Notes under the pieces: model-generated
Database searches by the model: none
Told to the model about the DNA's origin: nothing
Seen by the model: only the letters and a program-made list of their open reading frames with translations
DNA from: an uncultured virus (IMG/VR IMGVR_UViG_3300023174_008763)
Lineage: Duplodnaviria > Heunggongvirae > Uroviricota > Caudoviricetes
Length of the DNA: 64,000 bases
Reading direction: 5' to 3' (one strand)
Virus record (IMG/VR): IMGVR_UViG_3300023174_008763
Shown: positions 49,980 through 58,785 of the stretch, piece by piece
Numbering within the stretch: position 1 is the first letter of the stretch
Layout of the letters: every line of letters starts with the position of its first letter
Position numbers and translations under genes: made by a program

Positions 49980-50903
49980 ATGATCTATTTTAAACTTAAC
50001 ACACAATCTTTTATTGATACCTTTTTAAGGCTTGAAGAAATTTCATTCTTAAAAACTATCATTAATGATGATTGTTCAATATTAAATAATTCTTCACAAT
50101 CACATTTATTTGATTTGTCGGAATTTTCTATTTGTGAATTTATTCCAGAGGATATAATAAGATGTAATATTTCAGATTGTGTGTGTTTGTTTGATTCAGA
50201 TATTTATTCTGTTGATGGTGGAGAATTTTTATTTTATTATCCAGAGCAAAAAGGCAATCTTTTTAGGCTTGATAAATTTAAATATCAAGATTTTGAAGTG
50301 GTTATTACAAAGAACAATATAGCCGAAAATAAATATTTTGTTAGCGATAATAATCTTTACAAAAAATCACTTAAAAATGGTTTGAGCTTTGATATTTGCC
50401 CCGAGTTATTTTCAAAATATGCATATCTCAAAGAAACTATAAAAGACATTCCATTGTTACTTTTGAACAATATTGATCCAGAAACTAAATGTAATTTCAA
50501 TTTTGAAGAATGTTATTATGTTGGCAAGTATAATAATTTTTTATCAAATAATAATCTTATCGCGCACAATCTTTCATCAATACTTAAAGATTATAACATT
50601 TCACATGAACAGCTAGATCCAAATTTTCTTATTTATGTTTGTTCAGATTGCTTTTCACAAATATATGGCGAATTTGATAATGATTTATTTAATATGATAT
50701 TAAAGCGCAGATATAAATTAGACCCAAGCTATCAACCAAAAATAATCACAAAAGACACAATTGTGGATATTAAAGATTTTGAAATGCAAGATTTTGATTC
50801 CACCAAAAACTTTCCATTTTCAAGAAAAAATATTTTGTGTAACAGATCATCTTTAATTAATAAAATCAGATTGAATTTTTTTGTTGACAATTTCGGAAAT
50901 TAA
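49980..50903 (+). CDS. Hypothetical protein
   Basis: 307-aa ORF, no recognisable motif. Confidence 0.6.
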   Translation: MIYFKLNTQSFIDTFLRLEEISFLKTIINDDCSILNNSSQSHLFDLSEFSICEFIPEDIIRCNISDCVCLFDSDIYSVDGGEFLFYYPEQKGNLFRLDKFKYQDFEVVITKNNIAENKYFVSDNNLYKKSLKNGLSFDICPELFSKYAYLKETIKDIPLLLLNNIDPETKCNFNFEECYYVGKYNNFLSNNNLIAHNLSSILKDYNISHEQLDPNFLIYVCSDCFSQIYGEFDNDLFNMILKRRYKLDPSYQPKIITKDTIVDIKDFEMQDFDSTKNFPFSRKNILCNRSSLINKIRLNFFVDNFGN

Positions 50904-50995
50904 TTACAAAATGTTATCTGAAAAGTTATAACCGCGATTTTACAAAATCTTTTGGTGCATAGGGGAATGTTAATGCTATCTTGAAAAAAAATAAT

Positions 50996-51229
50996 ATGAT
51001 TTTCAAAATAGCATCGATTGAAGAATTTTCCAAATATATAATACAAAATAAGCCAGAATTAATTAAAGATGCAAGAGAATGGGCCAAAGATTGTACATGG
51101 TCTGAAACCGACGAAGATCCAGAAAATAGCTTTATTGACGAAATTGAGCCAAGTAGATTGCTTAAATTAATTAATCGCCATTATGATGGTGGATTGAGAT
51201 CTTTTCACAATGATTTTGATTTGCCGTAA
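50996..51229 (+). CDS. Small hypothetical phage protein
   Basis: Start MIFKIAS after AGG-N19-GAAAAAA; AREWAKDC.W...I.RHYDGG..F. Confidence 0.6.
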   Translation: MIFKIASIEEFSKYIIQNKPELIKDAREWAKDCTWSETDEDPENSFIDEIEPSRLLKLINRHYDGGLRSFHNDFDLP

Positions 51230-51299
51230 AAGGTTTTAATTTTTTTTGAAAGAAAACATTTAATAGCAATATTCTTTTTGCATTTTACTTAGGGAAAAA

Positions 51300-52217
51300 A
51301 TGAAAAATAAAACTATCAATATACTTCAAAAGCTTGCTGAAATTGCAAACGATCTTGACACCAAAGGTTTAAAAAAAGAAGCAAATGTTTTAACTAATGT
51401 AATGGTCAGAGTGTCACAACAGGCAAAGCCTAATTATTTCGCTCTGGCTGACTTGCCTGCCGACGGGTCTGGCTACTCCGGCACCGCTGATCAAAACGAA
51501 AAATTAAGAGCTGCCATAAGTAAACAACATAACGTAAATTTTCCAGATTTTTATTCTGCCTACCAAAAGGCTTTTGGGACTTTTACAAATAATATGGAGG
51601 ATCGCAAAAAAAACCTTAGAGGCGACATCTCTAACTCTTCCGCTTCAGTTGCAAATCCGACGACTGCGCCTGCATCTAATCAACCTAGCCCCGCCACACC
51701 AGGAGTATCAGGAAGCGATATAAATCAAACTCAGGAGCCTCATGAATTTACTCAAGTGGCTACACGCAAAAAAAATTCTATTTTTATGAAAACATCGCAG
51801 GGCGCGCAAAACCAAACGATTCAACATCTTGAGAATGTAATTGTTAATGATATTCTACCTCGCTTTCAATCAACTAAACTAAGTTATGATAATTGCTATA
51901 GATTTTCAGGTAACCCATTCAAACAAGGTGAAACTTTGAAATATGGCAATGAATTTCTCGATCAAATCCAAGCAATTGTAACTATAGTAAACAATTTATT
52001 GAAAACCAATAAATTAACAAAAGCCAATCAAGAAAATTTTAAAAAAGCAGTATTTGGTGTTGGTAGAAAAGACTCACCTTTTGCTAAAGTAAGTGCAATC
52101 AAGCAAATTGCTATAAATGTTTCAGATTTTATTTTGGGATCAGGAACCATATCAGGAGATGCTCCAAATCTCATTGCTAAAGCCGAAGGATTGATGCAGC
52201 AGATGCTGTCTGTTTAA
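51300..52217 (+). CDS. Putative virion-internal protein with LAEIANDLD.KG..EA motif
   Basis: N-terminal motif shared with other ORFs; AGG-N18-GAAAACA upstream. Confidence 0.6.
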   Translation: MKNKTINILQKLAEIANDLDTKGLKKEANVLTNVMVRVSQQAKPNYFALADLPADGSGYSGTADQNEKLRAAISKQHNVNFPDFYSAYQKAFGTFTNNMEDRKKNLRGDISNSSASVANPTTAPASNQPSPATPGVSGSDINQTQEPHEFTQVATRKKNSIFMKTSQGAQNQTIQHLENVIVNDILPRFQSTKLSYDNCYRFSGNPFKQGETLKYGNEFLDQIQAIVTIVNNLLKTNKLTKANQENFKKAVFGVGRKDSPFAKVSAIKQIAINVSDFILGSGTISGDAPNLIAKAEGLMQQMLSV

Positions 52218-52390
52218 TCAATTTGAAAGAAATGAGAAGAAATATACCCGAAGCTCTTGGGGAATCAACGCCTGTGGAGATGAAAGCTCTGGTAGATGGC
52301 TCCGCCATCTACGAAACTATCGTCGCAGAAGCAGGAATAAAACATCAATTAAGAACAAATGTTCAGAATTGTGTAAGTTTTTAAGAGCGG
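52217..52390 (+). pseudogene. Orphan IS607-type tnpB 3' tail / omega-RNA and right end
   Basis: Frame reads INLKEMRRNIPEALGESTPVEMKAL..EAG..SF*; DNA has ggggaatcaacgcctgtggaga, gaagcaggaa and terminal taagtttttaagagcgg. Confidence 0.75.
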
Positions 52391-52488
52391 ACTAAAGGTT
52401 CCCCTGACGAGAGTTTACGACATTCCAGATCGAATCACTTTTGGCGACCCGAAAAGGATGTTTCAATAATTCACTTAAATTTACGATT

Positions 52489-53523
52489 GTGTGGTATAAG
52501 TTTAGTCAATCAAATAACCCAATCGTTTGGATTGACAAAGACAATAAACAATATGTGTTATATATTGATAGAAATGGCAAACAACAGAAAGTACCTTTTG
52601 ATTCTGCTCAAAAACTAGGCATAAACCCAAATAATTTACCAGTAACTAATAATCCAAATTTCGTTAAAAAGAACATTTCCAATTGGAATTTCAACGATCA
52701 AAGCACCAGTCTTACGACAAATAATCCAGATTCCCAATCATTGTTTAACCCAGATTTTACCAGATATCAATCTCAGCAAGGATATAATTTGATGAATCAA
52801 GGATATTCTCTAGATCAAGCCAAACAGATCGTAAATAGCCAAGAATTTATTCAACAATACAATGCAAAAAATTCTTCATTAGGTAGTCAAAGCGATAGAA
52901 ATAACCCAATCGTTTGGATCGACAAAGATAATAAACAATATGTATTATATATTGACAAAAATGGCCAACAGCAAAAAGAACCTTTTGAAACTGCGCAACA
53001 AAAATTAGGATTAGATCCAAATCATTTACCAACAACCAATGATCCAAATTTTGTCAAAAAGAATATTTCTAATTGGAATTTTAATGATCAAAACACCAGG
53101 CTCACCGCCAATTCACCAGGATATTACAGCGGAAAAGATAAATATTCTGTAGAAAAAACTGGTTATATCAGCGAGCCAAAAAGTGAACCTAAAATAGACA
53201 CCACAAATATTACAGAATCAAATTTAAATTCAGCCAAAGCAGATAAAACAAATAAAGTACATTTGGTTAAAAACGACAAAGGCGATTACGAAGTATGGTC
53301 AAATGGCCAGAAAACGCAAAGAACATTTGTAAATGATACAGGGCAAAAAAACTGGAGTGCAGAGGAAATGAAATCCGCCCTTAAAAATTCTCCTCCTCCT
53401 GCAACAAATACACCTAATGCCGCGAAAAATCAATCTTCTACTCCTGCCCCCAAGCAAACACAGCCACCTCAGCAAAAAGAAGCTCCTAAGCAACCAGCGA
53501 CCCCTGAACAAAAACCCAAATAA
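52489..53523 (+). CDS. Putative virion-internal protein with duplicated domain
   Basis: GTG start MWYKFSQ after AGG-N18-TAAATTT; ~68-aa internal duplication; Pro/Gln-rich tail. Confidence 0.6.
   Translation: MWYKFSQSNNPIVWIDKDNKQYVLYIDRNGKQQKVPFDSAQKLGINPNNLPVTNNPNFVKKNISNWNFNDQSTSLTTNNPDSQSLFNPDFTRYQSQQGYNLMNQGYSLDQAKQIVNSQEFIQQYNAKNSSLGSQSDRNNPIVWIDKDNKQYVLYIDKNGQQQKEPFETAQQKLGLDPNHLPTTNDPNFVKKNISNWNFNDQNTRLTANSPGYYSGKDKYSVEKTGYISEPKSEPKIDTTNITESNLNSAKADKTNKVHLVKNDKGDYEVWSNGQKTQRTFVNDTGQKNWSAEEMKSALKNSPPPATNTPNAAKNQSSTPAPKQTQPPQQKEAPKQPATPEQKPK
52513..53107 (+). repeat. ~205-bp direct repeat (52513-~52717 and 52900-~53107)
   Basis: NNPIVWIDKDNKQYVLYID...NFVKKNISNWNFNDQ occurs twice, with many synonymous changes. 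Confidence 0.9.
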
Positions 53524-53538
53524 ACCGTATAAAAAATA

Positions 53539-54153
53539 ATGTACTTTAATTTAATGGGCGAAACTTTCCCCACTGTTGTCAACGCGCCTGGTCAAAGCTA
53601 CATGATACATCTTCAAGGGTGCAATTTGGGCTGTCAACAATGTTTTAATCCAGAATCTTGGTCATTTAAAACCAAAAACTTAGTAAATGTAGAAGAACTT
53701 GCTGATAAAATTATTTCACACAATCCTGATTCTCTTACAATTAGTGGCGGCGAGCCTTTTCTTCAAATTCGCCCCCTTCTTTATTTTCTCAAATACTTAC
53801 ACAACGAAGATCCACACAATTGTCCATTTCCCAAAGGAATATTAATTTATTCAGGCTTTTATGAAGAAGAATTAATCAAAATGCCAGAATATAAACAAAT
53901 TTTAAACTATGTTGATGTAATTGTGTCTGGAAGATTTGATTTTAATAAAAGAATTTATAATTCATTGCTGTCGAGCAGTAATCAAAAATTTATTTGGGGT
54001 GATCGAGGTTTGATTAAAGAACAAGATCTTGAAAATCAAAATTACGAAATAATCATAGAAGAAGAGGGATTAAAACTCACTGGATTTCCTTCAGATTGGA
54101 ATAAAGAAATAATAAAAGACCTAAAATCAAAAGGCATAGAATTTAGGAATTAG
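53539..54153 (+). CDS. Radical SAM 4Fe-4S protein (NrdG-like activase)
   Basis: QGCNLGCQQCFNP, TISGGEPFLQ, YSG, DVIVSGRF, SSNQ. Confidence 0.88.
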   Translation: MYFNLMGETFPTVVNAPGQSYMIHLQGCNLGCQQCFNPESWSFKTKNLVNVEELADKIISHNPDSLTISGGEPFLQIRPLLYFLKYLHNEDPHNCPFPKGILIYSGFYEEELIKMPEYKQILNYVDVIVSGRFDFNKRIYNSLLSSSNQKFIWGDRGLIKEQDLENQNYEIIIEEEGLKLTGFPSDWNKEIIKDLKSKGIEFRN

Positions 54154-54223
54154 TAATAATTTTGTAGAATATTATATGTAGGTTCCGCAGAATCCATTGA
54201 TTCATTCGAACCGAAGGTATAAA

Positions 54224-54937
54224 ATGAACACATTCAAAACACAATCTGATGCTTCGCTTATCAGTGAATATCAAAGAAACTTAAATAATTCCGATCTTTT
54301 AGAATATCTTCTAGCAAAATTTGAGCCAATTTGCAAAAAACTTGCCTATGCTCACACACAAAAATATCCTACCACGCTTTTCGAGGATAATCTTCAAAAT
54401 AGTAGATTGGGTTGTCTGCTGGCTTTCCGCAGATACAAAGCGAATTCTAGCAAACCTTCCACATTTATATATTCCACCATTTATCACTACCTTCTGTCTT
54501 GTAATGATGAAGAAGCATTTGTTAATTGCCCAACAAATATCAGAGAAGTAAGATCTTACATTGGCGGAAAATACAATTCGCATCCTGAGAAGAAAAGAAA
54601 ATTTGAGAAAAAACATGGCATAAATAACAAAAGTGATTATGACAATCTCGCTCGCCAATACTCTCTCGTTAATCCAGAAAATATGCAAATCAAATCCGAC
54701 GACCAATTGCCCGAAAATACATATGTTCATAATATTTTGGATAATATTTGCAACAGCATGTTCGTTGATAGCTTGTCTTTAGAATGTAAACAGATTGCAT
54801 ATTTGTTAATTCAAGGATATTCTCAAACAGAAATTTCAGAGATTATGTCAAAAAATAAATCTACGACAATTAAACAAATTGGAGCAAAAATAAACATAAT
54901 CAGAAAAAATCTCGTAAAATACTATCATGAGTGTTAA
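54224..54937 (+). CDS. Sigma-70 family RNA polymerase sigma factor-like protein
   Basis: EDNLQNSRLG.L.A..RY....STF (region 2); C-term GYSQTEISEIM HTH. Confidence 0.7.
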   Translation: MNTFKTQSDASLISEYQRNLNNSDLLEYLLAKFEPICKKLAYAHTQKYPTTLFEDNLQNSRLGCLLAFRRYKANSSKPSTFIYSTIYHYLLSCNDEEAFVNCPTNIREVRSYIGGKYNSHPEKKRKFEKKHGINNKSDYDNLARQYSLVNPENMQIKSDDQLPENTYVHNILDNICNSMFVDSLSLECKQIAYLLIQGYSQTEISEIMSKNKSTTIKQIGAKINIIRKNLVKYYHEC

Positions 54938-55457
54938 ATATTACAGTGTGCATGTTATACCAGGCAGAGAAAATAAAGCTAGAGACATGCTTTTAAATAG
55001 AGCAGTGGCCCATAAAGCTTGGCAAGATACAATTTTGGAAATAATCATTCCTACTCAAAAAGAATTTGTAACACGAAATGGAAAAAGAAAAATTGTTGAC
55101 AAAAAAATCTTTCCTGGATACATCTTTATCAAAATGTATCTTGATGAATACACTGAAAAGTTGGTTCAGGGTACAGATGGTGTGTCTGGTTTTGTAAGAG
55201 TGGGCAAAAAACCAGTTCCGATGGAAGATTATGAAATTGAAAAGATTCTTAAAAATCTTGAAAATCAAGAAGAATCTCCGCAATCAACGTTTAAGCCAAA
55301 CGATATTGTGTTGATTGTTTCAGGTCCATTCTCAGAATTTAAAGGTAAAATTGAAAGCGTGGATGAGACAAAATCAAAGGTGAAAGCCTATGTGAATATT
55401 TTTGGCAGAGATACTCTCGCTGAATTCGATATGAAAGATGTCCAATTAAATGCTTGA
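54927..55457 (+). CDS. nusG: Transcription termination/antitermination factor NusG
   Basis: YSVHV.PGRE, KIFPGYIFI, GVSGFV, KOW V.IVSGPFSEFKG, IFGRDT. Confidence 0.95.
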   Translation: MSVKYYSVHVIPGRENKARDMLLNRAVAHKAWQDTILEIIIPTQKEFVTRNGKRKIVDKKIFPGYIFIKMYLDEYTEKLVQGTDGVSGFVRVGKKPVPMEDYEIEKILKNLENQEESPQSTFKPNDIVLIVSGPFSEFKGKIESVDETKSKVKAYVNIFGRDTLAEFDMKDVQLNA

Positions 55458-55466
55458 TTTTCAATT

Positions 55467-55502
55467 TTTTCCCACCTTCACACAATCTGGGTATAACAAG
55501 GT
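55467..55502 (+). promoter_or_regulatory. Dispersed promoter cassette, copy 2
   Basis: ttttcccaccttcacacaatctgggTATAAC, 5 nt, then the ATG of the deaminase. Confidence 0.85.
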
Positions 55503-55931
55503 ATGCCTAGTAAGACTATAGTTAGATACGCAAAGAATGCTTGCAAGAAATCCTCTTGTGAGCATTCTTTGGCCGCCGTGCTTTACAAAGGGGGAGCGGT
55601 TATTCGCGTAGCCTGCAATGAAAATAAAACGCTGGCCTATAGAAAGAAATACTTTTCTCATGGAGAGCCTTCCCGCCATGCGGAGATGAATGTCATTCAT
55701 GGCATTCCAAGAGATGTAATCACTAAGTGTTCAATGCTTGTTGTTCGTTTGAATAAGAAAAATGAATTATCGTCGGCTAAGCCATGTATAGCTTGTGCCA
55801 GCGCTCTCTATGATGCAGGTATTAAAAAAGTTTATTATACTTCCTATACAGGAGAAATTTTAAAACTTGATTTTAATGAACTTTCTGAAGGCAAATACGT
55901 TAAGGAAAATTATCTCAATTATACACGATAA
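55503..55931 (+). CDS. Zinc-dependent cytidine/dCMP deaminase-like protein
   Basis: HAEMN...SAKPCIAC...GIKKVYYT. Confidence 0.85.
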   Translation: MPSKTIVRYAKNACKKSSCEHSLAAVLYKGGAVIRVACNENKTLAYRKKYFSHGEPSRHAEMNVIHGIPRDVITKCSMLVVRLNKKNELSSAKPCIACASALYDAGIKKVYYTSYTGEILKLDFNELSEGKYVKENYLNYTR

Positions 55932-55937
55932 AATATT

Positions 55938-56486
55938 ATGAAAACAAAACAAGAACATTTCGAACAATTATTTAAAGAATCTCGGACCAAGCTTTACAAC
56001 GTAGCTTACAACATTACCAAAAATAGAGAAAATGCCGAAGAGGTATTACAAGACGCATATGTAAAAGCATGGAAAAAATTCGATTCTTATGATCCTGAAA
56101 AGAAATTCATCAATTGGATGACAACAATTGTTAGAAATGCGGGAATTGATGCCAACAGATTACGTAATAAGAATGTATCTGCTTTTTCTATCAATAGTGT
56201 TTTTGTTAATAATGATAAAGATTCAAGTCAAAATCTTCAATTAGACGTAGAAGACAAATCTTCTGATTTGTATGCTATGCTTGAAAATAAAGAATTGATG
56301 AAAAGCATTTATGAATCTGTTGCTAAGCTTCCCGCCGATCTACAGATTGTTATGATTCCGTTTATGGAAGGCCAAACATACACGGAAATTTCAGATTCTT
56401 CTAATCTTGCGCTTACTACAGTGAGGGCAAGAGTACACAGAGGAAAGAAAATTTTGCGAAGTTCAATTAACATCGCAAACTTTTAA
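55938..56486 (+). CDS. ECF RNA polymerase sigma factor
   Basis: LYNVAY.IT...AEEVLQDAYVKAW, FINWMTTIVRN, YTEIS...TVRARVHRGK. Confidence 0.92.
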   Translation: MKTKQEHFEQLFKESRTKLYNVAYNITKNRENAEEVLQDAYVKAWKKFDSYDPEKKFINWMTTIVRNAGIDANRLRNKNVSAFSINSVFVNNDKDSSQNLQLDVEDKSSDLYAMLENKELMKSIYESVAKLPADLQIVMIPFMEGQTYTEISDSSNLALTTVRARVHRGKKILRSSINIANF

Positions 56487-56523
56487 GTAAAAAAACCGTA
56501 TAAATTATTAAAGGAAAAAAAAT

Positions 56524-56982
56524 ATGAATAAACTAATCACAATTATTTCACTCGCCGCTCTCACCGTTGGTGCTTTTGCTCAATCAGGTGAAAAGCTCGG
56601 CCTACGACCTTATAACTGGAAGCCACAGGCTCAATTTCAAGCACAATCGCTAGATGTCAAGACATCTTCAGATGGTGTGAGCGTTCTTTGGCTCCGCGAT
56701 GGCCTTTCGACAAACTACACCGCTCTTTCTGTTCCAATGTTCCAGGTTACTGGTCTTGGTAATCGAGTGAGTATCGTTGGACTAGGGGCTTATGATAGCA
56801 ACTTCACTCGAACCAATGTTTGGGCTGGCACTGGCGTGTCTGTTTCCCTAGTGGAAACTTCAGGCTGGTCGGTTAAGGCATATGGCGGCTGGAAGGGCTT
56901 TAATCTTGGCAATAACTTCAATGCCGCCCAGGGCAAGGAAGCATTTGTCTACGGACTTGGATTCTCAGTTCCTATTCGTTAA
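56524..56982 (+). CDS. Secreted / outer-membrane beta-barrel-like protein
   Basis: Signal peptide ending AFA-Q; amphipathic strands; C-term FVYGLGFSVPIR. Confidence 0.6.
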   Translation: MNKLITIISLAALTVGAFAQSGEKLGLRPYNWKPQAQFQAQSLDVKTSSDGVSVLWLRDGLSTNYTALSVPMFQVTGLGNRVSIVGLGAYDSNFTRTNVWAGTGVSVSLVETSGWSVKAYGGWKGFNLGNNFNAAQGKEAFVYGLGFSVPIR

Positions 56983-56996
56983 TTGATTCTTTCGTC

Positions 56997-57024
56997 AAAA
57001 TCCCTGAGAAATCAGGGATTTTTT
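56997..57024 (+). terminator. Intrinsic terminator
   Basis: aaaatccctga-gaaa-tcagggatttttt. Confidence 0.85.
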
Positions 57025-57047
57025 GTTCTCTCACATAATAAATCAAT

Positions 57048-57443
57048 GGGGGTATAAGCGAATCGATTGACGAATGACATTCTCTATGTTGCATGTAGTG
57101 GGTGAGTATCAGGCCACTTAAAAAGATATTCAAAAAATAAATGCTAAAACAAGCAAGAAAACTCGCAGATTCAACAAGGGCTTTGCTCAAGTTGGAAATG
57201 TAATGTTCGCCTAAGAGCGCACTGGAAAATTGAACACCCGTAGCTAGTAGGGTATCTTTTTTCTTAGAATTAAATCTAGCAAAAAACATTAATCACAATC
57301 TAATGTTAAAGTTTGTGCATAGAATTTTGTTGATTTGATAATATGTTCAACATTTTTCGGAGTAAAAAACAATTTATCTAAACATGTAGAAGCAAGATGA
57401 TGGTTTGGGCAAGAAACGGGTTGGATTCCCGTTACCTCCACCA
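57048..57443 (+). ncRNA. ssrA: tmRNA
   Basis: 5' GGGGGTA pairs with TACCTCC-A-CCA including a G3.U alanine pair; T-arm ACGGG-TTGGATT-CCCGT; tag frame 57143-57214 AKTSKKTRRFNKGFAQVGNVMFA* after ATAAAT. Confidence 0.88.
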
Positions 57444-57493
57444 AGATTTAGAATAATTTAGGTTAAAACTTGATGAATCACGAATAAACAATT

Positions 57494-58042
57494 GTGTTTC
57501 AGGGTTTTGAAAAATTATATTTACCGTTTGAAAAGTGCACAGAAAAAGAAAAGATTTCTGCGGCAAATCTCATGGCTTTCCCCGAAGCTGTCACTCCAGA
57601 ATTATATGATAGTATATTTTATTCCTGTGAATTGAGTTTAAGTGGAATTTGCAAGACTAAAACTGATTTCATTATTGGTGCATTTTTGGCCCGTGTTTTG
57701 CCGGGATATCAATTAATTTTATTAGAGAATATTTCAGTAAACCCAACGCTCAAATCGCGATCATACGGCAGAGATATTATAAATTATTTAGGCGAAAAAG
57801 GTTTGAGTTTTTATGGTGAAAATTTTAAAGGCATTGTTTCACCAATTAAATGCGACAAAAAGAAAAAATCCACCGATCACAAAAACGCATTCTTATTAAG
57901 ATCAATGATTAATTCAGGTGGTTCGATTATTGTTGAAGGCGCAAGAGCAAAAAACAATCATTTGCACTTCATTTATTTTCCTTATAATGGAGGCAGTGAC
58001 AATGAAGAAATCCAAGAGGTTTTCAAAAAAATATATTCTTAA
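57494..58042 (+). CDS. GNAT-fold-like protein
   Basis: LENISVNPTLKSRSYGRDII resembles acetyl-CoA motif A. Confidence 0.5.
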   Translation: MFQGFEKLYLPFEKCTEKEKISAANLMAFPEAVTPELYDSIFYSCELSLSGICKTKTDFIIGAFLARVLPGYQLILLENISVNPTLKSRSYGRDIINYLGEKGLSFYGENFKGIVSPIKCDKKKKSTDHKNAFLLRSMINSGGSIIVEGARAKNNHLHFIYFPYNGGSDNEEIQEVFKKIYS

Positions 58043-58475
58043 TTTTTTTTTGTTAGCGATTGTTTTAGTTTTTGCAATTTATTTCCATATATCCACATCT
58101 TATTTTTTTGTAATCGTTGAAGGCAATTCTATGAATCCCACTTTCAGAAGCCATCAAATCTTATATTTCACAAGAAATATCGATGAAATTGGAATAGATA
58201 ATGTAGTTGTCTTTAAGCGCAATGGCGAAACATGCATCAAAAGAATAACTGGGATTCCTGGAGGTTATTACCTCAAGAGTCAAGCTGAGCCATTAAGCTT
58301 TGTGATGGTCACGCAAGATTCTTTAAAAATTCGTAAAAGTAAATACTACACCATTCAAGCATTAAATCAAGATGAATTTTATATAGAAGGCGATAATCGA
58401 GGTGAATCTTTCGACTCAAATCGCTTTGGTCCAATTAAAAGATCTCAAATAATTGGAAAGCTTTTTGCATTTTGA
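58002..58475 (+). CDS. Signal peptidase I (S26)
   Basis: N-term TM helix, VEGNSMNPT, IKRI, GDNR..SFDS.RFGPI...IIGK; GGAGG SD. Confidence 0.9.
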   Translation: MKKSKRFSKKYILNFFLLAIVLVFAIYFHISTSYFFVIVEGNSMNPTFRSHQILYFTRNIDEIGIDNVVVFKRNGETCIKRITGIPGGYYLKSQAEPLSFVMVTQDSLKIRKSKYYTIQALNQDEFYIEGDNRGESFDSNRFGPIKRSQIIGKLFAF

Positions 58476-58491
58476 AATGTACAATTAAATA

Positions 58492-58785
58492 ATGTGGATC
58501 AATATTTTAGAAGAAGAATATGCGGTTATATCTCAAGCCCTCAGTCATTGTAATTTACACGGATTAAATTTTCTCATAAAAACAAAGCGAGGAGATTTTT
58601 CGCCACATAATCCCAAGCACACAAGGGAAAATGCCGTGAAAGCCGCCCAAACTTATTTTTCTGCAAATGATTTAATTATCAATGATGATTGTGTTCAATG
58701 GACTGATGATGGTGATGCTCTTGTTATGGCTTGGCAAAAGGTACCGTCTGCGTTTATTGAAGAAAAATGTAATTGTGGAAAATAA
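58492..58785 (+). CDS. Hypothetical protein
   Basis: ORF with TGTACAAT box just upstream. Confidence 0.55.
   Translation: MWINILEEEYAVISQALSHCNLHGLNFLIKTKRGDFSPHNPKHTRENAVKAAQTYFSANDLIINDDCVQWTDDGDALVMAWQKVPSAFIEEKCNCGK

Noticed and set aside
52513..53107. Direct repeat as a DGR template/variable pair
   Set aside because: Differences are not adenine-specific, both copies are in frame in one ORF, and no reverse transcriptase is present in the window.
55461..55700. Small minus-strand ORFs containing LLY(S/P)DCVKVGK (similar peptides in 13116-13355 and 61332-61514)
   Set aside because: The shared peptide is simply the antisense translation of the promoter cassette, not a protein family.
57410..57443. 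Stand-alone tRNA
   Set aside because: The T-arm and CCA pair with a 5' end ~390 nt upstream and enclose a tag frame, so this is a tmRNA.
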